DNA of 64,000 bases from Podarcis gaigeae (lineage: Eukaryota). How positions within the stretch are numbered: position 1 is the first letter of the stretch; each line of letters begins with the position of its first letter. The position numbers and the translations under genes were made by a program. Positions 38,571 through 50,733 of this stretch are shown one piece after another. The notes under the pieces were generated by a model. The model made no database searches. It had not been told where the DNA came from and was given only the letters and a program-made list of their open reading frames with translations. The stretch lies in NCBI GenBank assembly GCA_964106915.2, contig OZ066918.1. One strand, written 5' to 3'.

Positions 38571-40760
38571 AGTTCAGAAAACTAACCCAAGTAGGTTTAA
38601 GAATTTAAAGAAGAAAAGTCACTTGATCCAGGGACAGTCCACATATCTACTGGCCTATTCCGACCTCTTTTTCTTAATGGTGACATGGGCCATTCCAAAC
38701 GTTGGAATATTCATCACAACTGTGAGCAGGACAGTGGGATGGGGTAAGCGAAAAAAGCCACAACAATTAACTATAGCATGGGCAGTGCTCAGGGATTTGG
38801 GAGCTGTGGCCCAACAATAGCTGCTAAGCTTTTTTCTTTCTTTTTTTTAAGAAACCCAGGCATTAATAATCCATGCGAATTCTGTAAGATTTCCTACTGT
38901 CAGTCAGTTTTTGTAGACAGGATAGTGTCACAGGACTGTTTCCTACCAGCTACATATTATAAAATGTGTTCCAAAAAGAGCATTTCCCAAATATCAAATG
39001 ATCTACATCTCTTTTGGGGGGGTGGGAAGAAGTGAGATTTTCATAAAATCACTATATATTTTTAGGTTGCAGGGACATCCTCACCAGATTAATCTGCCTT
39101 GAGGATCCTGGCTAAGCCCATAAGGCAGGATATAAATGTGAAAGATAAATGTATAAACAGATACCCCGTTTGTAGATAAATATTAAAATAGTTATATTTT
39201 TATACCTGAGACAGACAGCCAAAGACAACTTGAATATTTAAGGTTTGTGCAATTAACAATCTGCATATCATTTCCATGGCAGATGCCAAATTAGACTTGG
39301 CGGGCAAGTTGCTCGTGCTCTACGATATTCTTACTATTAACCATCAGTGTGAAAAGCCTGAGTCAGCCTTCGAAAAATCCTGACAGATGGGCTCAAGTCA
39401 CAAGGGGGGGGGGGAAGGAAAGCATTCAGGCACACTTCAATTTGCCTCTTGGTTTTCTCACGGTTCTTCCTGCCTTTCTCACGGTTAGATTTTCAGCCTC
39501 AGCTGCTGCAGTCATGATGGCTATAAGTCTAACTTTTAAGCAAATAAGCACTGGGGCTTTGAAGGATTCTGAAAAGGGCATCGACAAATATATACGGTCT
39601 CCTTTTTCTCTAGTAGCAATAGGATCAGGAAGGTATTTTTATTATTATTTTAAAGGGTATAAAACAGAAAAGCAAATTCCTAACTCTCATGGTGACACAT
39701 CAGAGATACAGAAGGACTCGGAAGGATTTGCTGAGGAAACAGGGCTTTCCTGAAAAGTCTGCTATAAGGATGGGTTCTCAGTTGCAGACCAGACCAACGC
39801 TCACATCCACTATTCACCTGTGCTCCACCAAGAATGGCCCTTCAAAAGGGGAAGAGCATCACTCAGGTTCTGAACAGTGGCACAGAAGGCCATTGAAGCA
39901 TCTATTCACACTGCCCTCTGGTGGTAGCCAGGAGGAACCGGGATACTGCTTGTTTACAAAATGTCACCCCTGCAGCAGAAATACAAAGGTTTCCATTGCA
40001 CTCCCTTCCCTCTGTAGGAAAACTGGGTACTCCAAGACCTCAAGAGACGTGAAGCCCCTTCCCTCCAGGTGTGAGATGGGAGCAACTTCTTTTTTGAAGA
40101 TGGATGTAATAGTTACGGTACATTGCCACAGATTCCCTGGCAAGAGCTGCACCTTCGATTGCAACCCTTTCAACTTTCCCTCCTCTCTCTCTCTTTTAGC
40201 TTCTAGCCCAAGACTGCGAGGAGAAAGCCAGACAGCTGCCTGTCTTTCTCTCCCACTTTACTCCATCACTTCTTTCTTTGCCAAAAGAACCAACACATTA
40301 CGTTAAAATCTGAAGCAGGGAAGGCCGAATTAAGCACCGCAACGCATGAAAAATACACCAAATTTGGAGGAACCACCCTATCAGCAGAAACTGTGTTTGC
40401 TAGGTATAATAGAATTCACCTGAGTCCCCAATACAGGCTTCAGTGAGCAACTCGCATTTGCAAGATAAAGGATATTAGAAGTCCCTGCTGGATCAAGCCA
40501 TACAGTCCAGCATCCTGTTCTCACAGTGGCCAACCAGATGCCTGTGGGAAACCAGCAAGCAGGATCAGAGCACAAGAGCAACTCTACCTTCCTGCGGTTT
40601 CCAGCAACTGGTCTTCATAAGCATTGCTGTCTCCAGCTGATGCCCTTGATAGCCCTCTCCTCCAGGAAAGCAATGCTAGCTTCCTCCTGAAGCTCAGTTG
40701 CATCATGGAAACCCAACAATTGCCTAAATTGTTGCTGGGGAAACCTAGCCAGATGGGCAG

Positions 40761-40762
<2 letters not shown>

Positions 40763-40797
<35 letters not shown>
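40763..40797. repeat. (AAT)n microsatellite
   Basis: Perfect trinucleotide run. Confidence 0.9.
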
Positions 40798-40801
<4 letters not shown>

Positions 40802-41080
40802 CTGATAGGATTGCAAGTTCTTCTGCTCTCCCCCACTCCACAAGGCTGCTATCCAGTGTGAATTCCACCAGCTGCATACTTAGGGGGCAATCTTAAGTCT
40901 AGATCTATTGGGATGAGATGAGTTTTGATCTAGCAGTTTTTGTGGCTGAGTGTAACTCCCTCATCCTGGCTCAGCTGGAGATAGGCCAGCATATCCCACC
41001 CAGCTGGCTGCATAGAGATTGGCAGATCTTAAGCCCTGAAAAAGAGGTGTTGCAGGTGGGGGAGACTTAGGCTGGATCCT

Positions 41081-41214
41081 AGGTAAAGGGGACCCCTGAC
41101 CATTAGGTCCGGTTGCAGACGACTCTTGGGTTGCAGCGCTCATCTCACTTTACTGGCCGAGGGAGCCGGTGTACAGCTTCCGGGTCACGTGGCCAGCATG
41201 ACTAGACTGCTTCT
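41081..41214 (-). mobile_element. 5'-truncated Sauria SINE
   Basis: 3' third of the SINE. ggatccta is repeated on both flanks. Confidence 0.8.
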
Positions 41215-42469
41215 GCAGTGCACGGATCCTAAGCCAGTTCAAATCAGTCACACACCAACTGGCAATGTGGTGTAAATTAACCTAGCAAAAAGGGTGGTGC
41301 AACTCAACTCAGGTGACACACATAGGATTGCAATAAGATTTTGCCCCTTTGCCTCAGCTGAAGCAACTGTTTACACACACACACACCAGTGTCAAACAGG
41401 CACAGACTTCAGGAAAGAGCTGAGCAACAAACTCCATAACGACTGGCCAGAAACCACTGCCTGTAACATACTGATGGATCAACTGTGTGCTGCTGCTTCC
41501 CCCTAGTGGCTCATAGGAGCAACATCCTAAGAACATTTTTATAACTCAAAAGAATTCTGAATCCTCCTGCAAAAAGCAAAAGGTAGTGAAGAAAGTGGGT
41601 CCTTGAGAAAGGCTGTCCAAATCCATAGTAGGGCAATATCTTTATTTATAGGAAAGGGCAGAAGTTGGTTGTCAGAGCAATGGCTTCAATCGCAGGTTCA
41701 ATCCTTGGCATCTCCATGGGAAAGATCACCAGCCCAAAATGCAGGAGAAGCAAAGTTAATAATAACATTAGGAACCTTTTGGGTCAGGCCCATGGCCCAT
41801 CTTGTCCAGCATCCTGTTCTCACAGTGGCCAACCAGATCACAGAATCGTAGAACTGCATGTTCGGAAGGGACCCACAAGGGCCCTCTCGCCCAACCCCCT
41901 GCAATGCAGGAGACACAGCTAAATAATCCCTGACAGATGACCACCCAACCTGTGCTTGAAAACCCTCAATGAAGGAGAGTCCACCACTTTTTGTGGTAGA
42001 TGCCTGCAGGAAACCCACAGTCAGGCCCTGAGCACAAGAGCACTCTCCCCTCTTGCAGTTTCTGGAAGCTAGCGAGAGGTGTGTTTTGCTATCTTGTGCA
42101 CACATACAGCCTTGATGAACTTGGCACCCTTCAGAGGTTTCGGATTATAACTCCTTGCCTTCACTTCTACTCTTTTCGGTGCCTTCTGAAAACATCCCTC
42201 TTTAGAGAAGCCTACCCAGATGCTTTGAAAGTTGAGGTCATTCTAATCTGCTTTAGCACTGTAACCTTTTAAAGTGGGGTTGCAATTTTTTTCTTGATTT
42301 TCTCATTTCATTTCATAAAACCCTTTGAGGTTCTGTTTTGTTTTTACAGCCAAGCAGCCCCTGAAGTTTTATGCTAGCTGGCAGAGGCTGCTGGAAGTTC
42401 AAAACACCTGGAGGGCACCATGTTGGCAAAGGGCCCCAGGGTCTTACTCCAAGTCTGCATGTTATGTGT

Positions 42470-42780
42470 CACACTGTGCTACAAAGATGTCTGCAAGCGT
42501 GATGTGAAGACTGGCAACATCTACTCCGCAGTGTGAGAATGACCTTGGTGCCTGGAGACATGGAATGACAGCTGGGAGGAGCGCAGAGAGGAGAAATCCC
42601 GCAGAGGATCTGCAGCAGCACAACCGGACGCCTTCATCTGCCCCAGCTGCAACAAAACATGTCTCTTCTGCATCAGTTTCTACAGCCACAAGCAGGCTAT
42701 GCAACCTTCCAAGAGTTTGACCTCACCCCCAAAGGTGCACACATTCATTGTCTCCTGAAACTGACGGGTGCCAACAACAA
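42470..42780 (+). mobile_element. Degenerate RTE-clade LINE 3' end
   Basis: YKDVCKRDVK-like and FICPSCNKTC zinc-finger-like remnants, ending in a (CAA)n-like tail. Confidence 0.55.
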
Positions 42781-42876
42781 TTGTCTGGTTGGTTGCTCTG
42801 GACTGCCCTGGGGAAGATAAAGCATGTGACATATTTAATAATAACAATAAGAGCCAGTGTGATGTAGTGGTTAGAG

Positions 42877-43123
42877 CAGGGGTTGGAAAGGTTTACCTTG
42901 CCTGGGCCGGTTCACTCCAGCAGAGATCCCTCCGTGGGCCGGATCGCATGCGCCCGCAATATCCGGCACCGCAAAAGCGAGTCCCTGCGTCACGCTGCAC
43001 CCGTTTAGTACAGTGCGAGGGGACTCGCCGAGTGGGCGGCTCAGTTCAGGGGCAGCTCATGGGCTGGTTACACGACCCCCGTGGGCCGCTTGTGGCCCAT
43101 GGGTCTTAGGTTGCCAACCCCTG
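42877..43123. mobile_element. hAT-type MITE inserted in a tRNA-derived SINE head
   Basis: TIRs caggggttgg / ccaacccctg and 8-bp TSD ggttagag / gattagag. Confidence 0.8.
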
Positions 43124-43236
43124 GATTAGAGTGTTGGACTAGTGCCTGGGAGAAACCAGTGTTGAAATTCCTGCTCGGCAATGAAGCTCACAAGGAACCT
43201 TGGACCGGTCACTGCCTCTCTCTCTACCTAACCTAT

Positions 43237-44002
43237 CAAGGAGATTGACTAGCTGGAAGGTGTGCAGAGGAGGGCGGCCAAGATGATCAAGGGACTGGAA
43301 ACCAAGCCTGATGAGGAACGGTTGAAAGAGTTGTGTATGCTTAGCCTGGAAAAGAAGAGATGATAGCCATCTTCAATTATCTCAAGAGCTGTCACATGGA
43401 ATACAGAGCAAGTTTTTTTTCTCCTGCTGTGGAGGGTAGGACACGAACCAAAGGCTTCAAGATACAAGAAAGGAGATTCCGACTAAACACCAGGAGGAAC
43501 TTTCTGATAGTAAGAGCCGTTCGACAGTGGAACCGTCTCCCTCAGGAAGCGGTGGACTCTCCTTAACTGAAGGTTTTTAAGCAGACGCCGGATGGCCACC
43601 TGTCATGGATGCTTTAGTTTAAGGTTACCAGACATCCCCGTTTCCCGGGGACAGTCCCCAGATTTACAAATCAGTCCTCACAGAACTCTAGCCCAATGGC
43701 TGCCATTAATTTGATTTTGAATTGATTTTAGAATGAATTGATTTTAGAACGCTGTGTTACTTTTATTGTTGTTAGCTGCTCTGAGCCCGGCTTCAGGTGG
43801 GGAGGGCGGGATATAATTTTATCATTTTATTATTTCTTATTTTATTATTATTATTAATAATATGATTATACAAAATCCATTGAAGCTGAACAGTGTCCCC
43901 GGATTTATTGGAAAAAAAAAATCTGGTAGCCTTACTTTAGTTGAGATTCCTGCATTGCAGGGGGTTGGACTAGATGACCCTTGGGGGACCCTTCCAGCTC
44001 TA
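43237..44002 (+). mobile_element. CR1 LINE 3' fragment, interrupted at 43620-43934
   Basis: [16 protein letters not shown] and [12 protein letters not shown]...RFRLNTRRNFLIVRAVRQWNRLP, with the CR1 tail after 43943. Confidence 0.85.
43620..43934. mobile_element. hAT-type MITE containing an L2-like tail
   Basis: TIRs taaggttaccaga / tctggtagcctta and perfect 8-bp TSD ctttagtt at 43612-43619 and 43935-43942. Confidence 0.8.
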
Positions 44003-44172
44003 CAAACCTACCTCACAGGGTTGTTGCAGGGATTAAATGAGGATGGGGAGAACCACGGACACCACCTTGAGCTCTATGGAGAAAAGGGTGGGATATAAAA
44101 CGCAACAGACAATATGAGATAAATAACAACGTGACAGACCATACCACGCTTCCAGGCAGGCAGGCAACTCAC

Positions 44173-44359
44173 CCAGCACCAGGATCCGATCACCCGGGCT
44201 CAGCTCCGCCTCCAGCTGCTCTCGGAATCGCTCCAAGCCCCCGAACCATTCGGCCGGAGCCGCCCCTTCGTGCTGGTAACGCGAGTCCCAGAAGCTCCTG
44301 TCCCGGTACTGGGCGTTGGAGTCCGGCAGCTGCCGCCTTCGCGGAGCCGCCTCCTCCAT
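44173..44359 (-). CDS. EEF1AKMT4: EEF1AKMT4 exon 1 (MEEAAPRRRQLPDSNAQYRDRSFWDSRY...EWFG...DRILVL-G)
   Basis: ATG in good Kozak context (gacATGG), WDSRY and EWFG motifs of the METTL13/EEF1AKMT4 family, GTGAGT donor at 44167-44172 in phase 1, CpG island. Confidence 0.95.
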
Positions 44360-44620
44360 GTCGCTTCTCCGGGAGAAGGGCGGCCAAGCGAGGGCAGGGC
44401 TGTCAGGGAGAGGGGGGGGGGGGGAGCCTACCGAATCCAGCCTCCGCCCACGTGGCGCCCTGAAAACCACGTGCAGCTTCCGCTCGCCACTTCCTGGTCG
44501 GTGGTGGAGAGCTTTGCTTCCGTCTGTTGGGTCTTGCTGGTGGTGGGGTGGGAGAATGTGGGGCGCTAGTCCTCAGCGAGGCGGGGCTGGCCCGGGGTGC
44601 ATGGGGTCTTTGCCACCACT
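44360..44620 (-). promoter_or_regulatory. EEF1AKMT4 5'UTR and CpG-island promoter
   Basis: Two CACGTG E-boxes (44449-44454, 44468-44473), ETS-type cttcc cores (about 44477, 44490, 44517) and GC boxes. Confidence 0.65.
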
Positions 44621-45065
44621 TCGTATGAATGGTTTCTCTGTGCAAAACCCAGGGAGGCAGTAAACCCGTTAGCTAGCTTGCTGCAGAGATAACCCAGGAA
44701 AGAGTCTTGCACGGCATCTTAGTAATGCAGTCCTAAGTCGTGTCTACTCGGAAGTAAGTCCCGTTGAACTGAACGGGGCTTACTCCCAGGTAAGCGGCGT
44801 GAGGACTGCAGTCTTGAAAGGCTCACAAGTTTATTCTCCACGTATGCTTAGCCTGGTAAAGAAAAGACTTGAGAGGAGATTTGATAATCATTTTCAAATA
44901 TCTAAAGGGCCAAGAAAGGAGATAAACACCAAGAACTGTCTGACAGGAAGAGCTGTTCTTCCAGTGGAATGAACTCCCACAAGAGGGGGTAGATTCTCCT
45001 TCCGTGGAGGTTTTTAAGCAGAGGTCGATGGCCATCTGTCTTGGTTGCAGGGGGTAGGACTAGAA

Positions 45066-45388
45066 TCTCGGATCAGCAAACTTTTTCAGCAGGGGGCCGG
45101 TCCACTGGCCCTCAGACCTTGTGGGGGACCGGACTATTTTTTTTGGTGGGGGGAAATCAACAAATTCTTATGCCCCACAAATAACGCAGAGATGCATTTT
45201 TAATAAAAGCACACTCTACTCATGTGAAAACACCAGGCAGGCCCCACAAATAACCCAGAGACATATTTTAAATAAAAAGACACAGTCTACTCATGTAAAA
45301 ACACACTGATTCCTGGACCGTCCGTGGGCCAAATTGAGAAGGTGATTGGGCTGCATCCAGCCCCCGGGCCTTAGTTTGCCTACCCATG
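45066..45388. mobile_element. hAT-type MITE inserted in a CR1 tail between EEF1AKMT4 and ALG3
   Basis: 8-bp TSD gactagaa / gactagat at 45058-45065 and 45389-45396, degenerate TIRs, CR1 remnant at 44845-45060. Confidence 0.65.
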
Positions 45389-45951
45389 GACTAGATACGG
45401 CCCCTTTATGATATAAATTTGCACAATAAGGCCCCTTCTAGGTGTCCCTTTTTGTAGTGTGTTCACAATGACTTGTTCCTCATAATGATATTGGGGTGGT
45501 TATACACATCATTGGTTATGTGGTACATATTGGGGTGGTTATATGCTATTGCACCTGCAAACTTTTTGGGGAGGATGTACTGTTTTGTTTCCATGGTCTG
45601 TAACGCTATGCTGAGTTCTTGTCAACTTTCTATGCCACAAATGTTATGGGGGTCTTTTTTTGTCCTGCTTTTGTTGCACTATGGTGCAAGAGTGCCTCTC
45701 CAGATAGCAATAACATGATCCACTTTGTGGGAGCAGCACGGAACAACTCATAACATGTGAATGGCCCAGAATAAATGCATTACTAATACACTATTATTGC
45801 ATCAAGAACATGTTGCAGAATACAACCTAACAGGATGGCCCCTCTGGCATTTGTCACACATACACATGAATTTGTAGATCTGTGCTTTGACCCCAGAGCT
45901 TAAAATACGTGACCTTTCACACACATGCATTTGGAGAGGATCCCTAACTTA

Positions 45952-45952
<1 letters not shown>

Positions 45953-46017
<65 letters not shown>
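45953..46017. repeat. (GA)n microsatellite
   Basis: Perfect GA run. Confidence 0.95.
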
Positions 46018-46021
<4 letters not shown>

Positions 46022-46409
46022 GGAAATATAGGACAAACTCTGCCTTGCATTGAATCCAACTGAAATACTGGCGGATCCTACATTATACCAGAACGGATGG
46101 CAACCCTTTTCTCCCTGCATGATGCTTGAATATTTTGTTTCCCCCTAAAAAGCACATCTTGCATTTTCTGGGCATGAGAAAGCAAGGAGATCCCTGCTGG
46201 ATCCGACAAAGTGTCCACGGGAGGGTTGCACTACTTAGGAGGAACCTTTCCAGCTCTGCAGTTCTGAGATTCTATGAGGTGCCAGCTCAGGGCGGCTCAC
46301 CAAAACTTTTAAATAAAATAAAAACCCTCTTGGCAATCACAGCACCAAAAGAATAAAAATAAATGCAATGGGAAAGCAAAACGGAGACAGCAAAAACTTA
46401 GAAGCCTCC

Positions 46410-46629
46410 CAGGGCTTCGTGGCGTGAGGCTGCTAATGCTCCGCCGCCACCGGGAATGAGGAGGGAACCTTCCGAGCGAAGAGGAGGGAACCTTCCGAAC
46501 GCCGGAACTGCCTGCTCCAGGCGGCGGCGGCGCCGGGGCGCGTTTCACGGTGGCACCACCTGCCCGGGCCGCCAGCAGCCGTAGCAGCAGCAGGGAGCGT
46601 GGCCGGAGCTGGGCAGGCGGCGGGGCGGG
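46410..46629 (+). promoter_or_regulatory. ALG3 CpG-island promoter and 5'UTR
   Basis: CpG-dense, GC boxes, ccggaa ETS core, tandem 18-bp repeat gaggagggaaccttccga. Confidence 0.65.
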
Positions 46630-46828
46630 ATGGCTCCGGGTCCCGCTCCGAGGAGGAAGGGGCCCGCGGGGCCTGCGGGCGGGCTGCCCTCCGTCCGCCA
46701 GAGCCTGCGCCGGGCCTGGCAAGACAAGCACCTGGTGCTCTTCGAGCCCCACTACACCCCGCTGGTGGCCGCCTGCCTCTGCCTGGCCGAAGTGGGGGTC
46801 AACCAGTGGGTCATACACAGGGTGGCAT
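46630..46828 (+). CDS. ALG3: ALG3 (Dol-P-Man:Man5GlcNAc2-PP-Dol alpha-1,3-mannosyltransferase) exon 1
   Basis: MAPG...[30 protein letters not shown], gggATGG Kozak context, GTGAGT donor at 46829, phase 1. Confidence 0.93.
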
Positions 46829-48046
46829 GTGAGTGGGGGTCCGGGACGGGGCCTGGGTGGGGGGTCAGGAGAGTGGCACTGGGGGTGTGGATAAGGGGCA
46901 AGGCTTAGGTGGGGTGAGAACCCTCTCCGGGAGGGAGGGAGGAATATAGCTCGCGCCTGCAGCTCTTCTGATAATAATAATAATAACAATAATAATAATT
47001 TATTTATACCACACCCATCTGGCTGGGTTTCCCCCAGCCAGTCTGGGCAGCTTCCAACAAAAATTAAAAATACATTAAAATGTCACATATTAAAAACCTA
47101 CCTGAAGTTGCCTTCTAAATGTCAGGTAGTTGTTTATCTCTTTGACATCTGATGGGAGGGCTAGCGTGCTGGGCAGAGGGAACCCTGTGGGATTGGGCTA
47201 AGGAGGCAACAGCAGCCCTGCTGGCTGGGTCAAGCAAAAGGTCTCTGCAATGGCCAAGCAGGTGGGAAGACCATGGGAAGGAGGTGAGCATAGGAGCCAA
47301 CTCCTAGGGTCGAGGTCCATTTGCCCCCCCTAAAATATTTGAGGGCTCCTCCCTGCCCAAATATTGCCATTCAAATGGTGCATGCGTGCCACGCTATGTG
47401 ATTGATTATGCAGGGTGAGGCTTGCCTGCCCCTGCTTATGTTATTCAAGTTGGCACCGTTGTGTGAGGGCAACAACATGTCCCTCACTTGTGTCCCAAAA
47501 CCCCTACCTTCAACTGGTAGTCGGAGTCAGGTCTCCATAGATGCTGGAGGCAGTATGCAGTGCAGCCATCAGGAGCAGCAGGCGTTGCTGGCTTCATCGT
47601 CCACAGATTTGTCTGCCCCCTTTTCAAAACTGCCCCAATTGGCAGCCGTTGCTACGTCTTGTGGCAGTGAATTCTGTAGTTGAATGATGCACAGTGGGGC
47701 GTCATTAACCGGACTACATGAAAGGTTCCATACAATGTGTTGTCTGGGGTAGTTTTGACGAAGGGCTGGGGCTTCATTTGAGCCAGGGCGTAGTGTCAGA
47801 ACTGTTTTTGATTCTTGTTGTCCTGGCTGCTAGAGCCCAGCCTAAATAAAAATCTGTCCCAGCCCTTCAAAAACAGGTCATGACTAAATACCTTACACAG
47901 AGGAACAGCCACCAGGCATGGCTTTGCATGTGTTCTTGTAGACTCGGATAATTTTAGAGCCCTTCTTTTAGATCCAGGCCGTTTTCAGCTGCTGAACTGA
48001 GCTCCTGTTCGTACTTGATGGTACAGCTTCTGTGCTTTCCCCAAAG

Positions 48047-48146
48047 ATACAGAGATCGACTGGAAAGCCTATATGGATGAAGTGGAGGGTGTTGTCAATG
48101 GGACTCTGGATTACACCCAACTAAAGGGGGACACAGGCCCTCTTGT
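48047..48146 (+). CDS. ALG3: ALG3 exon 2 ([34 protein letters not shown])
   Basis: Signature TEIDW and GDTGPLVYP motifs, AG/GT boundaries, phases consistent. Confidence 0.96.
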
Positions 48147-48295
48147 GTGAGTAACACTGAGCTTTCAATTATAATGAGGGTTTCAGGAGTGGTAGGGTGG
48201 GTACATCTCTTAAAACTGGCGTCTGGGCGGCAATAGGGCAGTTTCTCTTGCCTTCCTCTGTAGTTGATCTATTTACCCACTCACTCTCTCTACAG

Positions 48296-48443
48296 ATATC
48301 CTGCTGGCTTTGTTTACATCTTTCTGGGCCTGTATTATGCAACTGGCCGTGGCACCAACATCCGCCTGGCCCAGTATCTTTTTGCTGCCCTTTACCTTGC
48401 CACACTGCTGCTCGTTTTCCGCATCTACAGCCGAACGAGTAAG
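48296..48443 (+). CDS. ALG3: ALG3 exon 3 (YPAGFVYIF...RIYSRTSK)
   Basis: AG/GT boundaries, in frame. Confidence 0.96.
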
Positions 48444-49419
48444 GTCAGTAGTTCCTGCAGCACCTCAAGGAGCACTAAAGACTGTTCTTTTTCCTATCAC
48501 ACAATAGATATGAGCCCTCATCCAAACACAGTGCTCATGTGCAATACATGTGGGACCTGAAAATTGAAGGCCAGGAGGAGGACAGCAAGGTTTGGGTGGG
48601 TTCAGGTTAAGGTGGAATTCTATGGAGCTCTACTGCTGAACTCTTTATATAGACTGAGACTTCAATGTTCATGATACTGTACACAGCATTGTAAAAAAAT
48701 GCAACCTCATATTCCAGTTCTACCACTGAGATCTTCTGTAGGAGCATCGCTGGTTTTCCCCCAGGTCGGTGAGGCTCATTTGATTTCAACACAAAGCCAA
48801 GCTTTTAGTGTTATTGGCCAAGCCCTGTGAAATGCTCTTCCAAAATATATTCAGCAGGCTTCCGAATCTGTATTGACCTTTAAATGATTGCTGAAAACTT
48901 TTATTTGCTGCCAGGCTTATACAAACAATTAAGACAAACTTTAGTTAGTGTTTTTTTTAATAATAAAAAATTATGTGGTCTTTATTTTGCATGTATTCTT
49001 GTTGTAAACTGCTTTGATTTTTTAAAATGATGCTTTTGTAGTAAAGGTTCATATAAAACGAGTTCATATGCTGTGAATTAGAGGACACAGCTACAAGTTT
49101 TCGGTTTGGCGGTTCTCCCTCTCTTGCACAAGGAGGAAGAGGATCCTGGGAACCTGACCTTACAATTTGAAAAAAAAGCAACTGAGCATGCAGTTGTAGG
49201 GAAAAACTTAGGCATTTTCTGCTGAATGCTTGTCTGTTATTACAACTATTATTTCACCTTCCACACATTTCTCAAGGCGATGCACAAAATACAATAAAAA
49301 CAGTTAAAAACAATACAGAAAGCAGCGGCACTTAAATGGGAACAGCGGCAGCTTGAGTCATTTGAAGCTGCCCCAATGGCAAGTGGGCTTGATTTTCCTC
49401 GTTGACACCTCTGCTGCAG

Positions 49420-49580
49420 GTCCCGCCCTATGTTTTCTTCTTCATGTGCTGTGCCTCCTATCGCATCCACTCCATCTTTGTCCTGCGCCTCTTCAATGAC
49501 CCGGTGGCCATGGCGATCCTTTTCCTGGCTGTCAACCTCTTCCTGGAGGAGCAGTGGTCCTGGGGCTGCTTCTGCTTCAG
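49420..49580 (+). CDS. ALG3: ALG3 exon 4 ([28 protein letters not shown]...)
   Basis: Conserved [13 protein letters not shown] motif, AG/GT boundaries. Confidence 0.96.
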
Positions 49581-49991
49581 GTGAGAGCCCCTTTGGAGCC
49601 AATCCATCCAATGGGAGGGTATTTTAAACAAACGAGTGGTTCTTGCAGAAGCACAAATAACGTGCACACCTGATTTTTCTGCTTGCAAAGTGGGAACTTT
49701 CAGAACCAGCTCATTGCTTCCTGTGGTCCATCTAAAACGGCCTTTGGCAGCCTGAGCCCCTCCAGATGTTTTGGACTACAACTCCCTTCAGCCATCTTGC
49801 TGTACTCCTGACTGTTCAGTGTAAACTGTAAACCTTGTGGGCAAGCAGGACAGACTTTTGCTCTCTGTGAAAGTCTGCTGCTACTCTAGTTCTTAGTCAA
49901 TGTCAGATGGCAAAAGCAAGGTGCATGGGGACTGGAATGGGCCTTGTATTAACCACAGGGATCAGCGGCACCTTTCATCTCTCTCCTCCAG

Positions 49992-50112
49992 CCTGGCAGT
50001 GTCTGTGAAGATGAATATCCTGCTTTTTGCACCGGGTCTCCTTTTCCTCCTCCTGCAGCGCTTTGGCCTGCTAGGAGCCATTCCCAAGCTCGCTATCTGT
50101 GCGGCCCTGCAG
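49992..50112 (+). CDS. ALG3: ALG3 exon 5 ([16 protein letters not shown]...CAALQ)
   Basis: Conserved VSVKMN motif, AG/GT boundaries. Confidence 0.96.
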
Positions 50113-50162
50113 GTAAGGTGATGGGAAGATTTGCCATGTCCAGATTCAACCCCGGTATCTCT

Positions 50163-50325
50163 TTTTTTTTTAACTTCTTTTTATTCATTTTCTATAACCA
50201 AACAACAACAAAAAGCGAAAAAGAAAAATAGCCAACACATACCAAAGAAAAAAGAAAACATCAACCAGAACAAAACGCCTAAACCAACCAAAAAACAAAC
50301 ATTAATTAACGACAAATAACGATAC
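50163..50325 (-). mobile_element. Short poly(A)-tailed retro-insertion with TSD
   Basis: Poly-T run on the plus strand, flanked by cccggtatctct / cctggtatctct. Confidence 0.55.
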
Positions 50326-50398
50326 CCCTGGTATCTCTAGCCAAAAGGAATAGTAGGCCTAGGAAAGGCCACACGGCATGTCAGAACAGACAACACTT

Positions 50399-50510
50399 AG
50401 TCTACAGTGCCTGGTATTCCCAGGGGGTCTCCCATCCAAATCGTAACCAGGCCTGACCCTGCTTAGCTTTTAGGAGATCAGGCTTGACCATAGGCGGTAT
50501 GACCATAGGC
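50399..50510 (-). pseudogene. 5S rRNA pseudogene
   Basis: Reverse complement of 5S rRNA (ctacag..c..ggtattcccagg.ggtctcccatccaa...aaccaggcc.gaccctgcttagctt...gagatcag...ggtatgaccataggc) with substitutions and an internal deletion or rearrangement. Solitary and intronic. Confidence 0.85.
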
Positions 50511-50733
50511 CAATACTTGTCTGATTCAGTTACTACCTAGTAACAGCAGAGCTAGGTCAAGGTGAAATACTTTGAAAATATACATAGCTGTGATCCTGTC
50601 CGTTAGATCATCAGGTTTTAGTTTTTTAAAAGTTTCTAGCTCTCGTTGTTTCTGCAAATATGCAGGTAGAAACAAAGAAAGTATGGATGAGGCTTCCAGT
50701 GATCATGGTGAGATTCCTGTCCAAATATATATA

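Noticed and set aside
39689-40306. 205-aa plus-strand intronic ORF (likewise 29916-30491)
   Set aside because: Random-looking composition with no homology motifs; chance ORFs.
44360-44470. In-frame GTG-initiated N-terminal extension of EEF1AKMT4
   Set aside because: Overlaps promoter motifs and a homopolymer run; the ATG at 44359 has a good Kozak context and gives a normal-length protein.
44750-44790. Novel RNA hairpin agtaagtcccgtt...aacggggcttact
   Set aside because: Resembles a dispersed palindromic repeat common in squamate genomes (related halves near 31170 and 31340); no locus-specific evidence.
46309-46989. 226-aa minus-strand ORF
   Set aside because: Stop-poor GC-rich antisense frame over the ALG3 CpG island.
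50399-50510. Functional 5S rRNA gene
   Set aside because: Multiple substitutions and an internal deletion; solitary and intronic.
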